DNA of 32,179 bases from Candidatus Acidifodinimicrobium mancum (GTDB taxonomy: Archaea > Nanobdellota > Nanobdellia > Parvarchaeales > Parvarchaeaceae): assembly GCA_015121965.1 (NCBI GenBank), contig JADFAP010000017.1, positions 5,047 through 37,225 on the forward strand, in the 5' to 3' direction. Positions 15,807 through 23,562 of the stretch are shown here, piece by piece. The position numbers and the translations under genes are program-made. The notes under the pieces are model-generated. The model searched no databases. It was not told where the DNA came from and worked only from the letters and a program-made list of their open reading frames with translations. Positions within the stretch are counted from its first letter, which is position 1; every line of letters starts with the position of its first letter.

Positions 15807-17567
15807 TTACTTTGATATTACCCTGTTTTCGATCACTTCGAGTCCTCCGCTTGGGAGCATTTTATCTATTTCATCCGCGGGTATGTCATATCCAGTCTTT
15901 TCTGCGATTTCTTTTCTGACGAAGGATATTGCGGCTTTTCTTGGTGAATTTCCTGGCTTAAACAAAAAATAAGTTTCAGATTTTTTAGCAGGCGATACGC
16001 TAAGTTTGATTTCTCCTTCTTCTATAGAAATATTTAGATACACATGCAATTCGACCTTATTTAGATAATTTCTCTTGCCGGAGATATAAAATGAACCCTT
16101 TGTTAGGTATTCCCCAGCAGGGGGCGAAGAAGTCACCTGCGATGAATCAACGTAGTACACATCTATATTGGATGCATTCGCCTTCCAGGCCGATGAGTAT
16201 GAAGCGGTCATCCTCGCGGCTTCTTTTATGTCCTCTTCTGTTATCTCCTTATTTTTTTCCCTCTTAACCACACAGAACGGACTTCCAAATATATCTGCAT
16301 GCAAGACAATGTCGCCTGGCTCAGCATATTTTTTCACTATGCTAACATTCTGATCATTGTTCTTCCCTAGTATCCCTAAGATACCACTCGATGTAAAAAA
16401 CCAGATATACTTTGAATACCACTTATCCTCCTTCTTGATTTTTGCTTTAATAAGCTGTGTCTTATTTTCTCTTCTCTTTATTTGGGAGTTAGCGGACTTT
16501 ATCTTTGAGTAAATCTTTCCCAGCTGGTACCTTAGAGGCTGTGTTATGTCAATTGTAACACCTTTGTTTGCTTCGCTGGTTATGTATTTATCGCTGAATG
16601 CGAAGCCAAGTCTTTTGATCTCCCCCCTCCTTTTATCCAGGGATGTGCTTGAATCTCTTGCAATTTTTATAATGTCCGATATCTTATCGAAATTTTCCTC
16701 CAAGAACCTTACATTTTCCTTGTATTGGTCAACAGCCTTTGATATCGCCTCCTCTTTTCGGCTTTCCGGTTTATTCACTCGTTCCTCCGAAAAGAATGAT
16801 TTGACAGCTTCATTGATACTTTCAAAGTATACCTTCTCACCATTTAGGTGTTTCAATTCTATAGTTGACAGGACCTCTTTGTTTATGATATTCGGCTTTA
16901 CCTCATCTAAAAGGACTTTTTTCAGTTCTTCGTAAAGTTTGTTCAGCGCCTCATCTTTTACCTCGTTCGGCTTTAGGGATTTGTCTATCCCGCATCTAAA
17001 TATCAGTTCTTCAGAGTAGACCCCCCCTAATGACAAGTCAACTGCTAAACACTTAACGATGCTTTCCCTGTCTGACTTCATGATGGTCTCCTTGAATCCA
17101 TCATAGTTCAGCGTAGTGACATCTGCCTTCCCTGGTGGATAGACATACTCTTCTCCAGACTTGATCTCCCGTGTACCATACTTTCTTGCAAACATTGACC
17201 AAATTATCTTGTCTCTCTCTGCCAACACAACATTCCCATTTGAAAATAGTTCTGCTATCAACAGGTAATCTCCTACCTTAATGTCCAATATTCTATCAGA
17301 TTTATGCAATGATAGTACTACGCTTTTGTTTACAAGCGTATCCTTGAGCTTAGATGTGAATGGAAAGTTGATAGTTTCATCTGGCTTGTTGAACTGCACT
17401 GAAAAGAATCTCCCAGGGACTATCCTTAGCCAGTACTCCCTCCCGCTGTAAATCATCAGAAAAAGCTCGTTTTTTCTGCTTTTTACGTCTCTCACCCTCC
17501 CATTCTGCAAGTATGACAGCTCGTTCACAAGCTTGAATGCATCCAAGAAGGTTATCTCTTTCTTCAT
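15807..17567 (-). CDS. NFACT-family protein (Rqc2/RqcH/FbpA homologue, ribosome quality control)
   Basis: About 586 aa with an NFACT-N-like N-terminus, central coiled coil and a C-terminal NFACT-R/DUF814-type block (GDIVLHADIFGSPFCVVK). The ORF-track start at 17585 is a GTG, so I prefer the ATG at 17567 (MKKEITFLD...). Confidence 0.8.
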   Translation of the reverse strand: MKKEITFLDAFKLVNELSYLQNGRVRDVKSRKNELFLMIYSGREYWLRIVPGRFFSVQFNKPDETINFPFTSKLKDTLVNKSVVLSLHKSDRILDIKVGDYLLIAELFSNGNVVLAERDKIIWSMFARKYGTREIKSGEEYVYPPGKADVTTLNYDGFKETIMKSDRESIVKCLAVDLSLGGVYSEELIFRCGIDKSLKPNEVKDEALNKLYEELKKVLLDEVKPNIINKEVLSTIELKHLNGEKVYFESINEAVKSFFSEERVNKPESRKEEAISKAVDQYKENVRFLEENFDKISDIIKIARDSSTSLDKRRGEIKRLGFAFSDKYITSEANKGVTIDITQPLRYQLGKIYSKIKSANSQIKRRENKTQLIKAKIKKEDKWYSKYIWFFTSSGILGILGKNNDQNVSIVKKYAEPGDIVLHADIFGSPFCVVKREKNKEITEEDIKEAARMTASYSSAWKANASNIDVYYVDSSQVTSSPPAGEYLTKGSFYISGKRNYLNKVELHVYLNISIEEGEIKLSVSPAKKSETYFLFKPGNSPRKAAISFVRKEIAEKTGYDIPADEIDKMLPSGGLEVIENRVISK

Positions 17568-17627
17568 TACAATTAGATAAAGCACTGCGGATTTAACTCT
17601 TTACAGTTGAAAGAATTTCGGATAAAT

Positions 17628-18107
17628 CTAAGAGGCTTGGAAGGATAGGGAACTTTGCAAAGTATTCTTTATGTTATCCAGTTCATTTTCAAAGGCTTCC
17701 TTCCTTTGGGTCATCGTCTCTGAGTTCATACGGTCATACAAGGGTTTTACAAATTTAGACACGCCGCCAGTCCATTTATTGAGAAAGTCCAGTATAATAG
17801 TGGACACCAGCTGTACTATGACCTTACCAGTCTTGGCCTTGATCGGTTTTCCCTCCTTCATGACACTGGTTTCGGTTATGTTTGAGAAGTCTAGCACCAC
17901 ATTTATCCTGTATGCCATGTAGTCATCAAGTGCTTTCTGGGCGAGCCATTCTATATGGTAGTTGTTCCCACCAAACTGCACGTATGACGTTTCCACGACG
18001 TTGTAGCCCTCCTTTTTCAGCGTTTCCTTCGCAAAACTGTAAAACTTTTGGTCATCCAGTGAGCCTTCATGCTGAAAAGAGGTGGAGCCTACAGGTATTA
18101 TCTCCAT
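17628..18107 (-). CDS. Hypothetical protein, 159 aa
   Basis: An ORF with typical local codon usage, co-directional with and tightly spaced between the GT4 gene (36-nt gap) and the NFACT gene. CTTTATATT lies about 27-35 nt upstream of the ATG. I recognise no domain. Confidence 0.5.
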   Translation of the reverse strand: MEIIPVGSTSFQHEGSLDDQKFYSFAKETLKKEGYNVVETSYVQFGGNNYHIEWLAQKALDDYMAYRINVVLDFSNITETSVMKEGKPIKAKTGKVIVQLVSTIILDFLNKWTGGVSKFVKPLYDRMNSETMTQRKEAFENELDNIKNTLQSSLSFQAS

Positions 18108-18143
18108 ATCTAAACTAAGGAATCCGCGGGAATATAAAGTTAT

Positions 18144-19184
18144 TCACCAGAACGCGACAAGCCCCACCAACGCCAAAATAACCTCTACAAGGGTGAATAT
18201 AAAGACTATCTGCCACTCCTTGAACTTTCCGGTCCTAAGGAAGAGGTGGGTCAAAGAATAAACCTTGTTTCCATGCGGTGAGGAGAGGGTTCCATCCTTC
18301 TGTAATACCCCCCAGGAATGCACATGGAATCTCCCTCTAGCTTTGAGTATGAATTCAGCCAGCCAAGGAAGGATAAGTATAATTGCAAGAGCCTTGGTGC
18401 TTCCTACTATCGCAAGCACCGCGAAAGAAGCTCCTACAAAGTAAGTGAAGCTGTCTCCAGGGAGCATCTTAGCCGGATAGCTACCATAGTATAGATAAGC
18501 CAGAAGAGCTCCGGACATAAGCGCTGACAAGCTGAATTCCGTGTAGTCTCCGTAATGGAATGAGAGTATCCCCATTGCTATTATAGCCACCAGCCCCATC
18601 TGCAGGCTCAAGCCATTCAGCCCTTCGAGCATATTGAAGACGTTCGCAGAGAACAGGAAGACTATCGGTATGATTATGAATGTAAAGAGAATCTGGTTGA
18701 AATATATCGTTCCGATGTGTGGAATCATTAGGATGGCTGGTCCGAAGTTTATGGCTATAAGAGGTAGAACTCCCACCAGCGTAAGCAGCAGCTTCTCCCT
18801 CTGTTTTAAACCGCCCCCAACTTCCGAGTAGCCTTTTATCAATGCCTTTATCTTGACTTTAGAGGTCCTTATCTTACCCCCAGCCATGTCGTCCATGAAT
18901 CCGATGAAAGTGACGATGAGTATCGATATTAGTGACAGCAGCAGAAAAGTTACGTTTATGTTAGCTGTGACAAAGTAATCAAGGCTGAATATCAATGCAA
19001 TCTCTCCTAAGAGTAGCCCGAAAACTGCGATAAGCCCCCCGCTGGCGGGGAGAAGCGGCTTTCCCCTCTTGTTGATGTCAGTTTCGATCATCCCTATCTT
19101 GACAAGTATCGGGATAAAGTAGAAGCCTGACAGGAAAGTTCCTAGGAATGCGATAATGCCCGCGACAAGTACCTCTAATAGCAT
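18144..19184 (-). CDS. Glycosyltransferase family 4, dolichyl/polyprenyl-phosphate HexNAc-1-phosphate transferase (AglH/MraY/WecA-like)
   Basis: 346 aa and about 10 TM segments, with FMDDMAGG and NMLEGLNGL motifs equivalent to the DD and N..DG.DGL motifs of the MraY/WecA family. Confidence 0.8.
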   Translation of the reverse strand: MLLEVLVAGIIAFLGTFLSGFYFIPILVKIGMIETDINKRGKPLLPASGGLIAVFGLLLGEIALIFSLDYFVTANINVTFLLLSLISILIVTFIGFMDDMAGGKIRTSKVKIKALIKGYSEVGGGLKQREKLLLTLVGVLPLIAINFGPAILMIPHIGTIYFNQILFTFIIIPIVFLFSANVFNMLEGLNGLSLQMGLVAIIAMGILSFHYGDYTEFSLSALMSGALLAYLYYGSYPAKMLPGDSFTYFVGASFAVLAIVGSTKALAIILILPWLAEFILKARGRFHVHSWGVLQKDGTLSSPHGNKVYSLTHLFLRTGKFKEWQIVFIFTLVEVILALVGLVAFW

Positions 19185-19248
19185 TCAATTTAGATGCACG
19201 AGTTAATATTAATAATTTGTATTTCATATTATTATTCAGTTAGTAAGA

Positions 19249-19321
19249 AGCCCCGTTGTGTAGTGGTCAAGCACGCAGGCCTTTGGAGCCTGACACCTCG
19301 GTTCAAATCCGAGCGGGGCTA
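19249..19321 (+). tRNA. tRNA-Gln (anticodon UUG)
   Basis: AGCCCCGTTGTGTAGTGGTCAAGCACGCAGGCCTTTGGAGCCTGACACCTCGGTTCAAATCCGAGCGGGGCTA folds as a cloverleaf with anticodon loop CTTTGGA. The A1:U72 pair is typical of archaeal tRNA-Gln. Confidence 0.9.
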
Positions 19322-19411
19322 TCTAGTTATTGGGATAATAATATCTACGAGAAACGACACTAATTTAGATAACTTTTTAAAAGTTTATAAATTTTTTTAA
19401 AAATCAATTCT

Positions 19412-19605
19412 ATGAAATTTTATCTTTCATCTTATAGAATGGGAAATTCTGTCGCAAAACTTTGTCATTTGATGCCGAAAAGTAAAAAAGTGGATTTGAT
19501 ACTCAATGCTTTGATCATACCCGCGTAGATGAAAGAAAAGTAAAAGAAAAGATAAAGGCGTTGAAGCGTATCGGATTTTAACCAGAAATTCTAGAGGGGG
19601 TTTAG
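19412..19605 (+). pseudogene. Decayed 5' fragment of a peptidase S51 / type-1 glutamine-amidotransferase-like gene
   Basis: Frame 1 reads MKFYLSSYRMGNSVAKLCHLMPKSKKVDLILNAL and then stops. One base further, the frame continues DHTRVDERKVKEKIKALKRIGF-TAA-PEILEG. From memory this resembles S51 N-termini (MKLYLSSYxxGN...NALD...LGFExxxLDL). Only about 60 of the expected 200 or more codons are present. Confidence 0.5.
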
Positions 19606-20130
19606 CGGAGATTTTTGTCTTAGTATTTCTTTATTTAGTTCTTCTCTAAGCTTAGGAGGAAGATAAAAAGGAACAGCGAGATCTTTCCCATTTTCTATTA
19701 ATATGTCTTCCCAACTGCCTTTTTTATTACTTGTATCGCCTGGGACATAAAGGTTGATTCGACTTATTTCGCGGTTCGATTCATTAACATTCTTAATGTA
19801 CAAGTCTAAAACCTTATACAGCCCTTTATTCATATTTGGGCGTTTGCCCAAAAGAACCTTTTTGCCTGCATATACACGTAAATAAAGATCACCGCTCGCT
19901 CTTTCATACTCTATTCGTAAACATTTATTCCATTTGTAAATATCCATAGTGTAGTAAGCTTCAGATCTAGTGTATATATCTTTTATACCTCCTCTTTTAC
20001 TTTTGTTAATCACTAAAGCTTCCGCATAATCAAATAAATCGTGTACAATTATCTGTCTTTTATAATCATCCTCATGCATTATATCGCTCAGGCTTTTCAT
20101 ATGTCTTAACCTCTTCTGTAAATCAATCAC
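19591..20130 (-). CDS. Hypothetical protein, 179 aa (ORFan)
   Basis: A long ORF in an AT-rich stretch. My spot counts give 28-35% G+C in two 60-nt lines, against 47% in one rtcB line. I recognise no domain. Its 3' end abuts and overlaps the S51-like remnant. Confidence 0.5.
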   Translation of the reverse strand: MIDLQKRLRHMKSLSDIMHEDDYKRQIIVHDLFDYAEALVINKSKRGGIKDIYTRSEAYYTMDIYKWNKCLRIEYERASGDLYLRVYAGKKVLLGKRPNMNKGLYKVLDLYIKNVNESNREISRINLYVPGDTSNKKGSWEDILIENGKDLAVPFYLPPKLREELNKEILRQKSPLNPL

Positions 20131-20357
20131 ACTAGATTTCTTTGATTAGTTGCTATTATCGCACGTAATATTTGATAGTTTTCTATATTTATACTTTTTG
20201 CGTTCGCTTTTATCCTACTACTAAAATTTCTGCTTCGAGCCTAACAAGATCTATCTAAATTTACAGTCTAATATAAATTATAATTTTGAGGAAAAATAAA
20301 TACTAAATGTTCTTTTTAGTTTGAATTTTCTACTTTATTGCTTTTTAATTCATTTAA

Positions 20358-20864
20358 CTATTGTTTATGTGTATAGTCAAATTTTATCTCCTGCTCTAGG
20401 ACTTCTCTATTAAAGGTGAATGCAACAAGAAATAGCTCCAGGCTTTTGTATTCTTTCATGTATACTGGCAGATTTCCCTCCACAAGCATCTCTATCACTG
20501 TGTTACTTTTGTAGGGCACCTTGAAGTTTAGATATTCATATAATATCCGACCTCTTCTTTTAGTAGGGCTATAATCTGTCAAGAAATCATCAGCATGAGC
20601 TAATAGCACTCTGGGGTCTACTTCGTAGTGCCGGTTTACGTCACCTGTCAACCTCAGTTCATATTCTTGTTTATTCTTTTCAAAAAGTGTCTCAATTTCG
20701 AAGCCATTCTTTGAATATCTAAGGTTAGCTTTATGCGGTTCACCGTGAGGATATGTAGACATATAATCTTCTAGAAGTCCAGAGAAGTCATCAAGTGACA
20801 GCAGAGCATCTAGTATCTCTCTGGATCTCTTTCTTCCAGCTTCCTGTCTTTCAGGCTCTTTCAT
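20358..20864 (-). CDS. Hypothetical protein, 168 aa, paralogue of the upstream gene
   Basis: Shares an N-terminal MxExERQE...GEILD.LL block, a central DPR(V/L) block and a C-terminal L(V/L)AF block with the ORF at 20889-21473. It lies 24 nt downstream of that ORF. Confidence 0.55.
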   Translation of the reverse strand: MKEPERQEAGRKRSREILDALLSLDDFSGLLEDYMSTYPHGEPHKANLRYSKNGFEIETLFEKNKQEYELRLTGDVNRHYEVDPRVLLAHADDFLTDYSPTKRRGRILYEYLNFKVPYKSNTVIEMLVEGNLPVYMKEYKSLELFLVAFTFNREVLEQEIKFDYTHKQ

Positions 20865-20888
20865 ATCGTAACTTTAACGTATTCGAGC

Positions 20889-21473
20889 TTATATCTCTAA
20901 CTTTACAATGCTTCTATTTGTGTAAATAATCTTTAATTTACCGAAGAACGCCAAAAGGTACACGTCTGGTTTTATTGCTCCTTCAGTTTCATTTGGGAAG
21001 TTGAACGCGAACACCTCCTTTTCGATTTTTCTCTCTTTATCCACATAGTGTGAATATTCAAAATTATTATCATTAAGTGCCCTCATACGAAGCAACGAAA
21101 GCCTTGGATCTAGGCTGTAAGCGGTCCTAAGTTCTCTGTATATCATCTTCGCCCCGCTTGGCAGGTCTAACTCCCAGTATGTCTTTGTTTCTGAGGGTAT
21201 CCTCCCCATCTTTTTAATTTCCTTATAGTTATACGAAAAAATATCTGGAGAGGAGCCAATATCAATCCCGGGCTTTTCGCCTACCCTATAAGTAATCGGT
21301 CGTCTGTAAATTTTACCTTGAAAGAAGCCGCCTTCCTCAACCCCATAGAATTCATCCGGCCTATACAACAGATTATCTAAGATTTCTCCAGCTCTTCTGA
21401 TGCCATGCTCCTTTTCGGACCGTGCCCTCATCTGCAGATTCAGTCGGTTCTCTTGACGCTCTTTTTCATTCAT
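20889..21473 (-). CDS. Hypothetical protein, about 194 aa, paralogue of the downstream gene
   Basis: The ORF-track start at 21491 is a TTG. The ATG at 21473 gives MNEKERQE..., which parallels MKEPERQE... of the neighbour. I recognise no domain. Confidence 0.55.
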   Translation of the reverse strand: MNEKERQENRLNLQMRARSEKEHGIRRAGEILDNLLYRPDEFYGVEEGGFFQGKIYRRPITYRVGEKPGIDIGSSPDIFSYNYKEIKKMGRIPSETKTYWELDLPSGAKMIYRELRTAYSLDPRLSLLRMRALNDNNFEYSHYVDKERKIEKEVFAFNFPNETEGAIKPDVYLLAFFGKLKIIYTNRSIVKLEI

Positions 21474-21523
21474 ATCATTCACAACCAGCAAGTGCTTGTT
21501 TTGCTGTTTTTAGATGTATTCTT

Positions 21524-21540
21524 TATGAGATTATCTCATA
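21524..21540. promoter_or_regulatory. 17-bp perfect palindrome TATGAGAT-T-ATCTCATA overlapping a TATA-like box
   Basis: Read directly. On the minus strand the context is CCTTTTTATATGAGATAATCTCATA, about 50-67 nt upstream of the ATG at 21473 and just downstream of the methyltransferase stop (21565). It is either a candidate operator or a terminator hairpin. Confidence 0.4.
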
Positions 21541-21564
21541 TAAAAAGGTTTAAAAGGTCAAAGT

Positions 21565-22209
21565 TCACTTAAAAGATTTTGGTGTGCTTTTTCTAGTTAT
21601 CTTGAACGAGATAATCCTCCCTCTCTTTTTTATCCATATTTTGAACTTTTTTTCTACTCCGAGCCTCCTTATCTCTTCCTCGCTGAGCGAGTGGTTCCCA
21701 ACAAGCAAGCCAAGGATCATGCCTAAACCATCCTTGTTGTACTCATAGACCAGCAATTCGCCTTTCTTAGCGAGAAATTTAAGCAGGTAAGTGATGCTCT
21801 CGCTCTTCTTCTTCCAGTGGTGAAATGAGAGGGTGGAGAATATCACGTCAAATTTTGAGTTTAGAGGAACATGTCTGCTGCTGCCCAGTAGATACTCTAC
21901 ATTTTTTAATCCAGACTTTGCTATGTTGTTTTGGCCAACTTTCTTCATCCCCTCTGATGGATCTATGCAGTATATCTTAGAAGAGGGCATCCTCCTTGCT
22001 AATTCTATTGAAAGATAGCCCGGGCCGGCGCCAACCTCAAGAATGTTCTTAGCCTTCGCCTTCACTATGTCATCAATTGCATATTTATACATATTTCTCA
22101 GCGCGAATGGCGCAAAGAGAGCATAAGCCTTAGAGCTAAGTGGCCCAAATTTTTCTTCCCCGTTCAAGTATAAGCTCTCCTTTGCTTCTTTCTCAGTCGT
22201 ATACGCCAT
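21565..22209 (-). CDS. Class I SAM-dependent methyltransferase (UbiE/COQ5-like)
   Basis: 214 aa with motif I ILEVGAGPGYLSIELA, motif II IYCIDPSEGM and a post-II FDVIFSTLSFHHW block. Confidence 0.75.
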   Translation of the reverse strand: MAYTTEKEAKESLYLNGEEKFGPLSSKAYALFAPFALRNMYKYAIDDIVKAKAKNILEVGAGPGYLSIELARRMPSSKIYCIDPSEGMKKVGQNNIAKSGLKNVEYLLGSSRHVPLNSKFDVIFSTLSFHHWKKKSESITYLLKFLAKKGELLVYEYNKDGLGMILGLLVGNHSLSEEEIRRLGVEKKFKIWIKKRGRIISFKITRKSTPKSFK

Positions 22210-22302
22210 ACTAATGCATCTTTATTTTGCGTTTAGAGTTTAAAAAGATTGAAATTCTTAGTAAATACTAGGCTTGAGATACATCGGAAAACAGGGAGAA
22301 AC

Positions 22303-23562
22303 ATGGACATATTCAAGGCATACGACATACGCGGGCTGTACCCACAGGAGTTGAATGAAGAAATCGCAGGGGACATAGGTAGAGCCATAGGTTCTATGGC
22401 TAGAAAGAAGACAATCTATGTAGGCAATGATACGAGAGTTGGGACATACAAGATAAAAGACAGCTTCCTCAGAGGTCTGCTTAGCACAGGCGTAAGAGTA
22501 ATAGATGTAGGCATGGCACCGATAGCAGTTCCTGCCTTGGCTTCCTTTGACAACAAGACGTACTCTGTATGTATAACGGCCTCGCACAACCCTCCGCAGT
22601 ACACTGGCATCCTACCCTTCTATATGGGCAAAAGCGTACGCCCGCAGAAAGTTAAGGAGATATACGAATCAAAATCATTTTTGACTGGAAAAGGGTCTCT
22701 TAAGAAGAAAGACTATCAGACAAAGTACCTTTTGAGAATAACCAAAGGGATGAAGGATCTGAAATTCAAAGTAGGGGTAGATGCGATGGGCGGTTCTGGG
22801 ACGTTTGCCTCTAAATTGGCGCTGAACATAGTAGGCGCAGAGCCGAAGTTGCTGCATCCGAACATCTCAATGGATTTTTTTGGCATGACGCCGGAGCCAT
22901 CGAGAGAGCACATGGTAGAACTGTCTAAGTTTGTGGTGGAGAATCACCTTGATGTAGGCGTGCAGCTGGATGGAGACGCGGACAGGCTAGACTTCACAGA
23001 TGAGTTTGGGAATTTCATAGACCCTGTAACATCTGCGTTGATGTTCATAAAATACATGAAGATAAAGGAAGCCATCATAAATGTTTCGTGCCCAAGTATA
23101 TTCAAGAGGTTCACAAACGTCAAATTTGTCCCAGTAGGCAGGCCGAATATGGAGGGAGCTAAGTTTGGCTTTGAAACTTCTTCTCACTACTATTTTGGGG
23201 ATTATTTCCCGGCTTCGGATGCGCTGCTTCCCATGGTATTGATGCTGAATGTAATGAAGACGTCTGGCAAGAGAATGAGTGAGCTTGTGAAGGAAATGCC
23301 GAAGGTGTACTATGAGATAGTTCCTATAAGAATGAAAGATGACAATGAAATTAACAGCGCGATGAAGTCTGCGGAGAAGGAGATGGAGAAATACGGCAAG
23401 GTAGACAGGACGGACGGAGTTAAAGTTTACTTTGATAATGGTTCCGTACTTGTCAGGAGATCTGAGACGGAGCCGCTTATAAGGGTATTTTACGAGGGGG
23501 TAGATGAGGGCTCTTTCCTTAAGATGAAGGAGTTAGCCTACAAAATAATGCCATGGAAGTAG
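22303..23562 (+). CDS. Phosphoglucomutase/phosphomannomutase/phosphoglucosamine mutase family protein
   Basis: Has the active-site loop TASHNP and Mg-binding DGDADR. The ORF-track start at 22249 is a TTG. The ATG at 22303 (MDIFKAYDIRG, canonical N-terminus) is preceded by GGGAGA. Confidence 0.85.
   Translation: MDIFKAYDIRGLYPQELNEEIAGDIGRAIGSMARKKTIYVGNDTRVGTYKIKDSFLRGLLSTGVRVIDVGMAPIAVPALASFDNKTYSVCITASHNPPQYTGILPFYMGKSVRPQKVKEIYESKSFLTGKGSLKKKDYQTKYLLRITKGMKDLKFKVGVDAMGGSGTFASKLALNIVGAEPKLLHPNISMDFFGMTPEPSREHMVELSKFVVENHLDVGVQLDGDADRLDFTDEFGNFIDPVTSALMFIKYMKIKEAIINVSCPSIFKRFTNVKFVPVGRPNMEGAKFGFETSSHYYFGDYFPASDALLPMVLMLNVMKTSGKRMSELVKEMPKVYYEIVPIRMKDDNEINSAMKSAEKEMEKYGKVDRTDGVKVYFDNGSVLVRRSETEPLIRVFYEGVDEGSFLKMKELAYKIMPWK

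Noticed and set aside
19194-19400. 68-aa plus-strand ORF.
   Set aside because: It reads straight through the tRNA-Gln gene (19249-19321), so it is an ORF-calling artefact.
20595-20612. RVLLAH in the 168-aa ORFan fits the HEPN Rx4H pattern.
   Set aside because: The aligned position in the paralogue reads RLSLLR with no His, and nothing else HEPN-like is recognisable. A six-residue pattern alone is not evidence.
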